From Ranitomeya imitator (Eukaryota), in assembly GCF_032444005.1 (NCBI RefSeq), contig NC_091283.1, positions 449,748,001-449,812,000 of the forward strand: a stretch of 64,000 nt of DNA. The letters are read 5' to 3'. Positions 24,633 through 38,545 of this stretch are shown here, piece after piece. The notes beneath the pieces are model-generated. The model was not told the DNA's origin, did not search any database, and was given only the letters and a program-made list of their open reading frames with translations. Both the position numbers and the translations under genes were made by a program. The stretch's first letter is position 1, and each line of letters opens with the position of its first letter.

Positions 24633-27600
24633 ATGGCGCCAAGACTTGTCACCTCCGAGTCTGAAGGCCACGTCCTCACTCCTCTTTGCTCTGCCATGGC
24701 GCTGTTCCTGCTGCTCTGCAGCCTGTGCATGTTCTGCAAAAAGAGGTACGTGCAGATCGAGACGCCAAAGGAAAGCACAATGCGATACCGGGATGTAGCC
24801 CTAACCTTAGCCTAGTCTCCAAGTCGTGCCTATGGGAGTACTATTAAAGGGAATATGTCAGCAGGGTTTTATGTAATCCAAAAGCAGCATGATGTAGGGG
24901 CAGAGATTCCAATTCCAGCAATGTATCACTTGTTGCGGTTTCAATAAAATAAGTGTTTGATCAGCAGGAGAGGACTATGTACTAACAATATCAGGGCTTG
25001 TATGGGCAGCGGAGTAACTTGATTGTACGTCCCAATGATTAATCTGTAAATGGCTCTGCGATCTATGTGCTATTTGTAATACTAGCGACTTCTCATGTGA
25101 CAGAAGAGCCTTTGGGCCGCCCTAGGCGCCATGCATGACTCCCTGTACACCCACTATAGCTACTTAATAAATATAGGAAGGTCACTGGTTTTATAAAGAA
25201 GGATGGATAGATGGTGGCTCCATTGAAAAGGGGGCTGCACTGTTTTACCGATTGCATAAATCGCCCATAACATAAGTCTCCATATAGCGGATTACATTGC
25301 AGTGTAGTTACTATTATAAAGGGCTCTTGGATAAAAGTTAATGGGGTCTGTAGTGTATAGGGGCTGCTTACTGACAGGTGAGATTTAGAGGAAAGAATGA
25401 TCGGGCTTGTGAAATTGCAACCCTTTAGGTATATGATGGTTTACTCACCTTTTCCCATTGAAAAGCAGCAGTGTGCATGCCTACAGGAAAGGGAGGCTGG
25501 GAAAGTGGGATATATGTGCACCGTAACATTGCCAGCGTACCACAACACACCCATTGGCACAATGGCACCACAGAAGACAATGGACACTTTTTTTTTTAGC
25601 AATAAGTTAATTTTTTTTTTTTTGCCGTTAATTAGGAAGAAGAGGAGGATGAGGACTGCATATTCCGGTGGAGTTGCTCTCGTTGACGTGGTAAATGATT
25701 TCTTACAGGGCATTTTCATTAAAATATCATAAGCAGTCCAAAGTCTGTGCCCCGGGCAATAGTGCTAATTCTCATGCCTTCCTTCCAATTCAAGCATAAA
25801 ATCTGTATCGATTTCCATAGTAAATTATGGCGATGAAACATTTCTTATTTCCTCCCTCACTGGTGTCAAAAACGCTGGACTATATTCTCTGCATTACTTC
25901 TAAATGGAGGCCGGGAAGAGTCATGTCCATCGGTTACTGATACCTCGGCCAAATGCTGACTGTAGAGTGTCCGGGAGGCTCCATTTGGACAATCCCTGTT
26001 TGTTAGACCGGTCCCTTGATAATCCGCACATTACACAGCGTGCTGCTGTCTGGAGTCCTAGAGATCAGATATGATCAGAGGATGAATGTGTCCAAATTCA
26101 GTTCCCACCACAGGGGAAATGAACTATTACACGGTTCCCATTGAAATCAATGCGCTGGTCTATGTAATACTTTCATGTGCGAGACGCTCTGTGTAGCTGT
26201 TCTCATAGATTAGGATCCTGTATAAACTCCAAATGCATCAATAGTCTATAACTTTTATTTAAGGGTAGTTAAGTTTGCGAATTGATCCTTTTTCTTTGTA
26301 TCTTATAGACATTGCTCCGTCAGACTCAACTACGATCACTCAGCAAATCTGATACCAAACTGCATGAAATCAAGAGACCACGGCCAGAAGACCTTCGTAA
26401 GTCACCGTCTTCCTCTCTAAAGAGCTCGGCTGACATTTTTTTGTTTTATTGCAAACTCAACCAACTTTGATGCAAGGGCTTAATCAGCTAAAGTCTTTTG
26501 AATGGTTACATGTAGAATTAGTCAATGCAAAAAGGAGAGTCCCTGTATAAATATTATTATTTATATAGCACCATTGATTCCATGGTGCTGTACATGAGAT
26601 GGGGTTACATACAAATTACAGATATCACTTACAGTAAGCAAACTAACAATTATAGACTGATACAGAGGGGCGAGAACCCTGCCCTTGCGGGCTTACATTC
26701 TCCAGGATGGTGGAGATGGAGACAATAGGTTGAGGGTTCCAGGAGCTCCGGTGTTGGTGAGGCGGTAGCTTCGGTAGTGGTGAGGAGGCAGCGGGGTCAG
26801 TGCAGGCTGTAGGCTTTCCTGAAGAGGTGGGTTTTCAGGTTCCGTCTGAAGGATCCGAATGTGGTCGATAGTCGGATGTGTTGGGGCAATGAATTCCAGA
26901 GGATGGGGGATATTCTGGAGAAGTCTTAGAGGTGGTTGGGTGAGTAGCAGATAAGTGTGGAGGAAAGAAGGAGATCTTGGGAGGACCGGAGACTATGTGA
27001 GGGAAGATATCGGGAGATTAGTTCAGAGATATATGGAGGAGACAGGTTATAGATGGCTTTGTAGGTTAGTATTAGTAATTTGAACTGGATACGTTGAGGG
27101 AATGGGAGCCAGTGAAGAGATTTGCAGAGGGGGGAAGTGGAGGAGTAGTGAGGAGAGAGATGAATTAGCCAGGCAGCAGAGTTAAGGATGGACTGGAGAG
27201 GTGCAAGGGTGTTAGCAGGGAGGCCACAGAGGAGGGTGTTGCAGTAGTCGAGGCGGGAGATGATGAGGGCATGCACAAGCATTTTAGTAGATTGACGGTT
27301 GAGGAAAGGACAGATTCTTGAGATATTTTTGAGCTGGAGGTGACAGGAGGTGGAAAGAGCTTGGATGTGCGGTTTGAAGGACAGGGCAGACTCAAGGGTT
27401 ACTCTGAGGCATCTGAGTTCCATTACGGGGGAAAGCGTGATGTTGTTAATTGCGATAGATAGGTCAGGTATGGAAGATCTATGAGATGGAGGAAAGATGA
27501 TGAGTTCAGATTTGTCTACATTGAGTTTGAGGAAGCGAGATGAGAAGAAGGAGGATATGGCTGATAGACACTCCGGGATTCTGGACAGCGGAGAAGTGAC

Positions 27601-30600
27601 GTCTGGGCCAGAAAGGTAGATCTGAGTGTCATCAGCATAAAGGTGGTACTGGAATCCTTGGGACGTTATGAGTTGTCCCAGGCCAAGTGTGTAGATTGAG
27701 AAGAGTAGGAGTCCTAGAACAGAGCCTTGGGGGACTCCAACAGAGGGAGGGTGAGATGAGGAGGTAGAGTGGGAGACGCTGAATGCCCGCGGTTGGAAAG
27801 GTATGAGGAGATCCAGGATAGGACGAGGTCTTTGATGCCAGAGGAGGAGACGATCTGTAGTAGGAGGCAGTGGTCAACTGTGTCAAAAGAGGACAGCTCT
27901 AGAAGGAGGAGTAAAGAGTATTGTCCATTAGCTTTGGCTGTAGCGATTTTGGTCAGGGCTGTCTCAGTTGAGTGATGGGGCAGAAACCAGATTGTAGATT
28001 GTCAAAGAGCAAGTTAGGCCTCTTTTACACTTCCGTCTTTCAGCTTCCGTCACAATCCGTCGATTTTTGAGAATGCAGGATCCTGCTATTTTCATAACGT
28101 CCGTCGATACGTCATTTCACTGCACAATGACGCACAGCAGAAGACGGAAGTGTGAAAGAAGCCTTAGATGAGAGGTGGGAGGAAAGTTCAGGGTGGACAT
28201 GCTGCTCCAGGAGTTTCGAAGTTAATGGGAGCAGCGAGCGATATTGGGCGATAGCTGGGCATAGCTGTTGGGTCGAGGGTTGGCTTTTTAAGGATAGGCA
28301 TGATTATGGCATGTTTGAAAGCAGAAGGGAAGGTGCCAGAAGTTAGTGATAGGTTGAAGAGGTGGGTTAGGGATGGGATAAGTGTGGTGGTGAGGTTGGG
28401 GAGGAGGTGGGATGGGATGGGGTCGAGCGCACAGGTGGTGAGGTGCGATTTGGAGAGGAGACAGTTAAGCCCCCTTCAGTGATCTTGGAGAGGGAGGTTA
28501 TGGGGTTTGGGCATTGATCTGGTATACAAAGGGATTGTGGTGGTTGAACAATGAAGACTTGCCTTGTTTGGTCGATCTTATTTTTAAAGTGTGTGGCAAA
28601 GTCCTCAGCAGAGATGAGGGAGGTTGGAGGGGGCAGTGGGGGGCAGAGGAGGGAGTTAAATGTTTTGAATAACTGTTTGGGGTTGTAGGATAGGGAGGAT
28701 ACGAGGGTTGTGAAATAGGCCTGTTTAGCAGAGGTGAGAGCAGATTTAAAAGCGAATGCAGTGAAGTTGTCTTGCGAATGTGTTTTCTTCTAATACCGCT
28801 CTGCAACCCCGGACAGTTGCTGGAGCTTTTTAGTGGTGTTATTGTGCCAGGGTTGTCTATTGATACGTCGCACTCTGCCATGAACGAGAGGGGTGACCGT
28901 GTCAATAGCTGATGCAAGAGAGGCATTGTAGAAAGCAGTGGCACGGTCTGTGTCGTGGAGTGAGGATATGAATGCCAGTGGTAGGATAGAGTCAGAGAGT
29001 GTGGGAGTCTAGCTGTGCAAGGTTTCTGCGGGGGTGCGCATGTTGCTGGACATGGGTGACCGGTGAGGAGGACAGGGATGAGAAAGTGAGCAGATGGTGG
29101 TCGGATAGAGGGAGAGGGGAGGTGGTGAAGTTAGATAGAGAGCAGAGACGGGTGAAGACCAGGTCTAGTGTATGTCCGTCTGTGGGTGGCTGCGGAGGAC
29201 CACTGAGTAAGTCCAAAAGATGAAGTAAGGGACAGAAGTTTGGAGGCTGTTGACTGAGGGGTATCAGTGGGGATGTTGAAGTCACCCATGATGATGGTGG
29301 GAATGTCAACAGAGAAAAAGTGAAGAAGCCAGGTGGAGAATTGGTCAATAAAGGCAGTGGCTGGACCTAGAGGTCGGTATATGACGGCCACTTGGGAGGT
29401 TGGAGGGAGAGTAGATGCGGACAGAGTGGACTTCAAAAGATGGGAGGATAAGGGAGGGTAGAGGTGGGATTGGGTTAAAGGTGCAGTTAGAAGAAAGGAG
29501 AAGACCCACTCCTCCACCATGTCTATTGCCGGGACGAGGGGTGTGGGTGAAGTGGAGGCCACCGTAACACAGCACAGCAGGGGAGGCGGTGTCAGAGAGT
29601 GTTAGCCATGTTTCTGTGAGGCCAAGGAAGGCAAGATTGTGAGAGAGAAAAAGGTCATGAATCACATGAAGCTTATTGCAGATTGAGCGGGCATTCCAGA
29701 GTGCTCCAGAGAGAGGGAGCAGGGGAGTGGGCCTCAGGGGCACGGGTTTTATGTTGGAAAGATTGCAGTAGTTCGTATTAGATAGGGAGCGATAGGAGGG
29801 GGTAGTCATGGGAGGTATGAGCTGTGGGGGTCCATGGTCAGGATGTATGTCGCCAGCAGTGAGGAGAAGCAGAGAAAGGGAGAGCAGGTGGGAGAAAAAG
29901 AGTGGGCGACTTGTTTTATGTTTTATTAGGACAGATTTGAGGTTGAGGAGCAGGTAAGCAGAGGAGGACAGGTTGGTAGGTAAGAGGGAAGGGGAGAGGA
30001 GATGGTTATTTGGTTAGAGGGTGCTGGGGTTTGTGGACAGCGAAGGAGAGAGGATTAGTGGAGCAAACACTGTAAGGGCATATGTAAACATGATTAACCT
30101 TCGTCAGGCTGCGTTATTTTACAACGTTAACAGGCTGCAGAAGTACAATTGTACCTTCATATATATTTTATTGAAATTTGGCCAATATATTCTGGACTAA
30201 AACTGCAGAGATGTCACGAAATTTCAGCCCTCTACGGCTTTTCGAAAAAAAAAGTTATTGCAATTTTAAAACGGAATAGTTACAATTGTACCTACTCAGC
30301 CGGACGAAGGTTAAGGAGTAAGATGGGTTAATAGAAAAGCAAGATTCAAGTAATTAGAAGTGCTTATTCAGCAGACATACCCAAAAGAGACAGATACATA
30401 GAGTGGGGTCCTGACTACTGCCGTTGAAATAACTGCTGCGTGATGCTTTGCTGCACGGATGTGCGTGCCTGACCCCACACGCGTGCACCCCTTAAGATGC
30501 TACTAAATTTATAGGACTGAGTAAAGGATCAGGTGAGAGGGATTGTGGAACCTGCTTGGGGATAAATTAGCAATTGGCCAACACCTCGAGGGAGGTTACA

Positions 30601-33600
30601 TGATCAAAGGCACTGAATCTGGCTACAACCATGTGCTCGAACACCTCCTTGCACAAGATAGTATCTCCCGTGACCCCAGAATGGATGTGCAGCAGTAAAT
30701 ATTTAATACAATACAACAAATGAATTTAGCACACATTCAGCAGGCACATTTAAGGAATTGTTACAGGGCGATAGGCAGCAGTTGACAGGAAGCATAGATT
30801 GTACCATTAAAGGGAATGTACATTACATTACAATACTTATCCTGTACTGATCCTGAGTTGCATCCTGTATTATACTACAGAGCTGCACTCACTATTCTGC
30901 TGGTGCAGTCACTGTGTACATACATTACATTACTTATCCTGTACTGATCCTGAGTTACATCCTGTATTATACTCCAGAGCTGCACTCACTATTCTGCTGG
31001 TGCAGTCACTGTGTACATACATTACATTACTTATCCTGTACTGATCCTGAGTTACACCCTGTATTATACTCCAAAGCTGCACTCACTATTCTGCTGGTGC
31101 AGTCACTGTTTACATACATTACATTACTTATCCTGTACTGATCTGAGTTACATCCTGTATTATACTCCAGAGCTACACTCACTATTCTGCTGGTGGAATC
31201 ACTGTGTACATACATTACATTACTTATCCTGTACTGATCCTGAGTTACATCCTGTATTATACTCCAGAGCTGCACTCACTATTCTGCTGGTGGAGTCACT
31301 GTGTACATACATTACATTACTTATCCTGTAGTGATCCTGAGTTATATCCGGTATTATACTCTTGAGCTGCACTCACTATTCTGCTGGTGGAGTCACTGTG
31401 TACATACATTACATTACTTATCCTGTACTGATCCTGAGTTACACCCTGTATTATACTCCAGAGCTGCACTCACTATTCTGCTGGTGCAGTCACTGTGTAC
31501 ATACATTACTTATCCTGTACTGATCCTGAGTTACATCCTGTATTATACTCCAGAGCTACACTCCCTATTCTGCTGGTGGAGTCACTGTGTACATACATTA
31601 CATTACTTATCCTGTAGTGATCCTGAGTTATATCCTGTATTATACTCCAGAGCTGCACTCAATATTCTGCTGGTGGAGTCACTGTGTACATACATTACAT
31701 TACTTATCCTGTACTGATCCTGAGTTACATCCTGTATTATACTCCAGAGCTGCACTCACTATTCTGCTGGTGGAGTCACTGTGTACATACATTACATTAC
31801 TTATCCTGTAGTGATCCTGAGTTATATCCTGTATTATACTCCAGAGCTGCACTCACTATTCTGCTGGTGGAGTCACTGTGTACATACATTACATTACTTA
31901 TCCTGTACTGATCCTGAGTTACATCCTGTATTATACTCCAGAGCTGCACTCACTATTCTGCTGGTGGAGTCACTGTGTACATACATTACATTACTTATCC
32001 TGTATTATCATCCAGAGCTGCACTTATTATTTTACTTGTTATTAGAAGCAGACAATACACTGTCAGACACACACTGTAACATCTTAGCTAAGTTTTACAG
32101 GGGATACTGGGAGCTATTTGCTTCTTCCAGATGACTGTACAGTGGAGGTCTGAGCATGACCTTTTTCAGAATGGAAATCACCAGAGCTTGCACTATGCAG
32201 ATACTGAACAAGCAGAAACCCTGCCTAATTATTATTTTTTTTTAATTCCCTTCTCCAGACCTAAGGCCAGTCAGTATGGATCCGCTCTACCACCCCCCAA
32301 GGTGGCCAACACCAAATGCCTCCTCCAACGAGGATGCAACCTACTCTAACCTAAACTACAACCCTAAGAACTCTCTGTATGAATGTGTGGGGTCTCGGGC
32401 GGACATGGAGTCGTCAATTAGCGAACCTCAGGTCAATGTTGTCACTGCTGAGTACGCCTGTGTGCGGAAGGTGAAGAAGGCAGCAAACCAGAGGGCCCCA
32501 GACACCAGGGAAGAGGAGAAGACCCAACCCGCGGCATCTTCTGGAGAACCTTGTCTTCCGAGTCGCTCAGCTGATCTGACCGTACGTGTCCTGGGCTATT
32601 GCGTGGCAATGTCCTCCATTGTTATTTTTTCTTTTCGGTCATTCCTATTGTTGGAAAAGCTGCGTTATAACCAAGATGCCCACCAGGGTCTTCCATTCAC
32701 ATCTCTAGGAAAGCTGGGTGGCAGCTCTTCTGACGGTGAGATTGGTTACCACACAGATTTTTCGGAGACAATAAAGCCTATTCAGCCACATCGGACCAGC
32801 ATGTCCCTGTCCTTGGCATACTGAGATTCTTGGCACGTTCAGCACAATCAGGGGCCCTTGTGTTTCAGGATTTCTAAGTGGGATTGTACATGGACCCTCA
32901 TTTGTGCCATGGTCCATATGTCAGGGGTCTGGACAATTTGTATAGTATTTGAATTGTGGCGGATATCTTTAATCTGGCATCCAATAGTGCAGAAGTGTTG
33001 ATGATCCACAGTGTTTCCACAAGGGCATTGCAATCTCGCAAAAGCAGACAACCGGGCCTGTTGGTGAATCTTGATCTAGTGATAATCCCACACGTAAAAC
33101 CTCATGCAGAATCCATAGTAACGCCCCCACATTTATAATATTGGTGTTTTTCAGACCCCATCAGGCTTACAGACCGGGTATGACTTGATGGGTTATTCCT
33201 ATCTCATACATTTATATCACACCCATGGGTCAGATCAGGAATGTACAGTAGAGGTAGATCCCCCACCCATGGGATTTACATCTGTCTCCTCCATCACGCT
33301 CGGCCTCCTGTGCAAAATTGCGATAGAAATGAATGAGAATTCTGTCTGTCTCTCCAGCCCCCGCCGCAGCATCGAGAGAGATTAAAATCCCATTGGTGGG
33401 GTCCACATGTACTATATATTTCTACCATATCACTTGGATCTGTCATCGATATATGAGATGAGAATTCCCATTTAAAGGGGTTCTCTGGTTTAAAAACAAA
33501 AAACCCTGTCTAGCTTAAAAAACAAAGCCGTTTACTCACTCTCCCCAGGTCCAGCACCAATTCTTGACTGTTTCTCACAGTTTGTAATTGTCTGCAGCAC

Positions 33601-34280
33601 TGATGGAATGCCAAGAGATCTGCAGCCAATCAACGCTGCAATTGTTATTTCAGGCAGAGACGTTGAGCTCCATTAGATCAGAAGAAAGAAAGGCCAGGCA
33701 GGAGTGCACTCTCAATGTATAGAGGAGTATTGAGAGGAACTGCTAGTTGCCAATCAGGCCTTTGGACAACCCCTATCTTCTTATGTGTACGGGTCTCATT
33801 CTGCAACTTCTGCCCTTTTAAGTATATACTACAGGACCCATGCATGACATAATAGAAGACTTCGGATGTCCAGACACATTAGAGTGTAGGTTTCATTATA
33901 GTCATATGCAGTGCCACATGTGTCCAGCAGATGGCAATCTCTCCATTGCTCTCTATAGAATCCATCTTATAGTAACTTGTGACCGTCAGAAGGCGGGAAG
34001 CCAGAGGCGCTGCAACATTTTTGCAAATCCTAGAAATTATTTTAGGTTTTTTTTTTCTATCTTTGTCTTGCAGCTTGAAGACATGTACTCCAAAGTACAG
34101 AAGAAAATGAAGGTGAGAGAAACGGAGAGCACCGAGGGGTTAATAAAGACGTGTAACGAAGAGGAGGTCGTTCACTCCGAGACCCCCATCAATCAACCTG
34201 AAGAAAACTTGTACGAGAGTATAAGCGACATGAGCAGCCATCACACTAACTGCAGCACGGCTTCTGAAGTCTATGCTTAA
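24633..34280 (+). CDS. LIME1: Lck-interacting transmembrane adaptor 1 (261 aa)
   Basis: Exons 24633-24745, 25636-25690, 26309-26396, 32259-32581, 34074-34280 (sum 786 nt, phases 2/0/1/0). TM segment with CxxC palmitoylation motif; [37 protein letters not shown] and ENLYESI match recalled human LIME1; syntenic position. Confidence 0.9.
26551..30060 (-). mobile_element. L2-clade LINE, 5'-truncated and decayed, in LIME1 intron 3
   Basis: APE endonuclease ([22 protein letters not shown]) at 29000-29800; RT/C-terminal fragments ([21 protein letters not shown]) at 26926-27900; (TAA)n-type 3' tail at ~26551. Confidence 0.9.
28017..28163. mobile_element. Harbinger-like MITE inserted in the L2
   Basis: TTA|GGCCTCTTTTACACTTCCGTC...GACGGAAGTGTGAAAGAAGCC|TTA. 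Confidence 0.75.
30820..32030. repeat. 97-bp tandem repeat, about 12 copies
   Basis: Period of 97 measured on ACTGTGTACATAC (31681, 31778). Unit CATTACATTACTTATCCTGTACTGATCCTGAG... Confidence 0.95.
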
Positions 34281-35369
34281 AGGGAGGAGGACTTGGGGTT
34301 TGTGTTTGGTACCGTTTTTCAAGATCTGTGCATGCTGTCAGTAACAAGAACACTCTTGGTTAAGTAACATCTGTACCATTCCTCCGATGTGTGACCATGG
34401 ATCCAGTTCCCATTCAATGACAGCAAGCACAGATGGGGCATAAGTGTCACAGAAAGCCGCAGACCTTTTCAGTATAATGATTGTCCTGTATTTACTGTAA
34501 ACCGTATTTAAAGGTGAAGTTAGTGTTGGGGCGGTAGTAATGGTCACCCACTGAATCCCTTTTTTAAAGTGGTGGCACAATATTCTGTTTCTCTAAATGT
34601 GGTGAGGGTAATAGCATGAAATAAGGAAACTTTCAGTTCACTGACCCCATGGTAACATCTCCTGAGTCTAATATTGTCATCAATAGTTTTAGGGTGGTGT
34701 TCCCCTTTAAATTGTATTGTGACCCCCAAATGTACTTTGCCCCCGATAGGCGAGTTCCAAACAAATGCATCTGATTCTGACATTCAGTGACTTGTTTGTC
34801 ACGCTCACGGCACCCAGCGGTTTGCAGCGCGATCCCATTCCCTTGTAGTAACACCGATATTTGGCCGAGCGACCTGTGTTGGAGCCAAAATTGCTGTATA
34901 GCCCAAGCCTTAAAGGCAACCTGGCATCAATACGGGCTCTTTTCAGAGGAGGATGGCACCTGAACGATTAACTGGCCTCTCATTAAAGGGGGCGTCCAGT
35001 TCAAACAAGTTTTACCCCATATCTGCAGGATAGGTGATGACTTGCTGATCGGGTGGGGTCCAACAGCTGGGGGTCCTCAGCGGTTGGCAGATGTTTTATC
35101 CCCATAAGTATGCCATGGAAATACGTGCTCCATTCATTCCTTCTGGTGCTGCTAACCTCTGCTGTTCCCAGCAGCTGTATAGGAAATTGGCGGTCGGCTG
35201 TTTACGTTGACGCTCCGTCTTGTCACAAGTATGCTGGTGTCAGCCGTAGGACACCCACCTATATGTAAGGTCCTGCACATAGGTAAGCTATTGTAACCAG
35301 ACAACCCCTTTAAGTGTGCTTTCCCTCACATTCAAGAGTTGTTTACATTAGTCAACACCCCATTATCTT

Positions 35370-36930
35370 ACATTAGTCAGTACCACCATTATCTTGCATT
35401 GGGCAGTACCCCGTTGGTTTACGTTAGTCAGCACCTGTTACCTTACATTAGGCAGCACATCGTTGGTTTACATTAAGCCGCACCATTGCCTTACATTAGG
35501 CCACACCCTGTTGTTTACATTAGGCCACACCCTGTTGTTTACATTAGGCAGCACTCCGTTACCTTACATTAGGCCCCATCCCGTTGGTTTACGTTAGGCT
35601 GCACCCCGTTACCTTACGTTAGGCTGCACCCCGTTACCTTACGTTAGGCTGCACCCCGTTACCTTACGTTAGGCTGCACCCCGTTACCTTACGTTAGGCT
35701 GCACCCCGTTACCTTACCTTAGGCTGCACCCCGTTACCTTACGTTAGGCTGCACCCCGTTACCTTACGTTAGGCTGCACCCCGTTACCTTACGTTAGGCT
35801 GCACCCCGTTACCTTACGTTAGGCTGCACCCCGTTACCTTACATTAGGCCACATCACGTTGGTTTACGTTAGGCTGCACCCAGTTAACTTACATTAGGCT
35901 GCACCCCTTTACCTTACGTTAGGCAGAACTCCGTTGATTTACGTTAGTCAACACCTGTTACCTTACATTAGTCAGCACCCTGTTGGTTTACATTAGACAG
36001 CACCATTACCTTACCTTAGGCAGTACCCTGTTGGTTTATGTTAGGCTGCACCCCGTTACCTTACATTAGGCAGAACCCCATTGGTTTACGTTAGTCAGCA
36101 CCTGTTACCTTATATTAGGCCACATCACGTTGGTTTACGTTAGGCTGCACCCCGTTACCTTACGTTAGGCTGCACCCAGTTAACTTACATTAGGCTGCAC
36201 CCCTTTACCTTACATTAGGCAGAACCTCGTTGATTTACGTTAGTCAACACCTGTTACCTTACATTAGTCAGCACCCTGTTGGTTTACATTAGGCCGCACC
36301 ATTACCTTACGTTAGGCAGTACCCTGTTGGTTTACGTTCGGCTGCACCCCGTTACCTTATGTTAGGCTGCACCCCGTTACCTTACATTAGGCTGCACCCC
36401 GTTACCTTATGTTAGGCTGCACCCCGTTACCTTACATTAGGCCATACCCTGTTGGTTTACGTTAGGCTGCACCCCTTACCTTACATTAGGCAGAACCCCA
36501 TTGGTTTACGTTAGTCAGCACCTGTTACCTTACATTAGGCAGAACCCCATTGGTTTACATTAGGCAGCACTCCGTTACCTTACATTAGGCAGCGCCCCAT
36601 TGGTTTACATCAGGCAGCACTCCGTTACCTTACATTAGGCAGCGCCCCATTGGTTTACATCAGGCAGCACTCCGTTACCTTACATTAGGCAGCGCCCCAT
36701 TGGTTTACATCAGGCAGCACTCCGTTACCTTACATTAGGCAGCGCTCCATTGGTTTACATCAGGCAGCACTCCGTTACCTTACATTAGGCAGCGCCCCAT
36801 TGGTTTACATCAGGCAGCACTCCGTTACCTTACATTAGGCAGCGCCCCATTGGTTTACATCAGGCAGCACTCCGTTACCTTACATTAGTCAGCACCCCGT
36901 TGGCTTACATTAGACAGCACCCCATTCCTA
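35370..36930. repeat. 25-bp minisatellite (about 60 units) with 50-bp and ~270-300-bp higher-order structure
   Basis: Unit AGGCTGCACCCCGTTACCTTACGTT (period 25 at 35596/35621); period-50 dimers at 36560-36890. Confidence 0.93.
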
Positions 36931-38279
36931 ATGCTAACTGCAGGCTTGGTTCCCCATCATCTCCTCGTACTCACTGACTGCATTACATTGTGCAATCACA
37001 ATGTAAAAACACAAAATGGCCTCATGTGGTGAAGGCAAACGCCACGTACAAGTCGTCCATGAAAATGATTCACACTGTTTAGAATTTTTCTTACTTTTAG
37101 TTTCTGCTGTCATCCTTTATGGTAACTGAAAAGAAAGCGAATGTAAAAGTATTCACATCCCGTCTGCTACAATGTGCAAAAGACAAGTCACCAACGACAG
37201 GAAAGCGAAGACACTGAGGCTGTCACTGAGATCATTAATTCTCCCTCAAATCCAAAGTGCCCATCAGTCCTGGAGTCCTCCTGTTCTGTCACGGTGTGTC
37301 AGGTCACGGCCAACAACATGGCTGTCGGTGTTGTTCTCAAAGTCCGTTTTGGGGCTGTGTATGGGGTCTTTCACCTGGATATAGGAGGTGCGGGTGTATT
37401 ACTAGGAGTGTAACGGCAGTGGGAGCACCCGGCCCTGGAGCCCCAAAAAGGCCCTTCGGCCCATGAGGCCAATTGGTCCCAGTTGCGTTGCAGGAATAGG
37501 GGTGACAATACCATGGCAGCCATATTGATTTCAACCAGCTTTATTGACTGTTAATTGACACAAGTACCTGACTCCAGGACGAGGACCACTTGGGGTTTTT
37601 GAGGATGAAATCCCGTACTGTTATATAAACCTTTACATGTACGTTAATATTTTGTTTTGCTATTATGTTTTAATGGATTAAACGTTTTCTCCGTAAACCC
37701 TCAGTGTTTTTTATGTATAAAATGGGTGTTCATGTCATTGTCTCATTATATTGCCGCCCCCTCTTCCTCTGTTGCTGCCATTTTCTATAAAGAATAGCAC
37801 AGGCAGAAAATGGAGCTGTTGCCCCTAGCAACCAATAAGACTCCAGCTTTCATTTCTCCAAGGAGAGTGAGTGGATGAGAACTGAAAGCTGATTTGTTGC
37901 TCCATTTTGTTTCTTTCTGCTTTTTTTTTCATCCATTTTTTTTAAATTTCCCTTTCTGACAAAGGAATTTCCTAAATTCCAGAACAGTGTTGATCACACG
38001 GTGCCATGTCACTGTCATGTAGGACTGGGGACATGAGAGAAGACAGGATGTCACCCAGCTTTACTAAAGTTCTGAAGATCAGAAGGGAGAGAGGAAATTG
38101 TGCAGCTGAGGACATGTGGCTGTGTGACAGCCGGTGCCAGCCCGCTCAGCCCTGCAGGAACAGGTGACGGTGAGTTACAGTGGCCACACAGCGACAACAA
38201 GCACAAGAGTCCAGTGACTGCCAGCAGCACCACGCCCCCCTCTGACCACGAAAGAGTTAAGAATGCTCCAGAAGCCCGC

Positions 38280-38545
38280 CACGCCCCTATCCTCAGCACG
38301 TGACCTAGCCGGTGAACAACAACAAGCACCAGCCAATGAGAGAGCAGGGTCTGGCCACGTGCCAGAGAGCAAGGGAGGGCGGAGTCTTGTTGATATCTGG
38401 CGGCAGCCAATAGAAAGCGATTTGAGTTCGGAAGGCGGAGGAGGGCGTGCCCAGTGCTGAAGGCGGCAGAGTGGGCGGGGTCCCGGTGCGCGCTCTCCGT
38501 TGGTCGTTTCTCTCCCCTGCCCCTCCCCCCTTCTCCTCTGGAAGA
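38280..38545 (+). promoter_or_regulatory. SLC2A4RG CpG-island promoter
   Basis: E-boxes CACGTG 38297 and 38356, CCAAT 38333 and 38407, GC-boxes at ~38377 and ~38473, and YY1/Kozak AAGATGGCGGCG over the ATG. Confidence 0.7.

Noticed and set aside
30914-32134. MYIHYITY... hydrophobic repeat ORFs
   Set aside because: Translation of the 97-bp satellite.
37818-37840. X-box-like GTTGCCCCTAGCAAC followed by CCAAT
   Set aside because: It matches, from memory, a common frog repeat fragment (GCAACCAAT...CAGCTTTCATTT) and has no CpG or exon context.
38050-38175. Perfect donor GACG|GTGAGT at 38170 upstream of the SLC2A4RG promoter
   Set aside because: It could mark an alternative first exon, but there is no supporting promoter or acceptor evidence; a single motif is insufficient.
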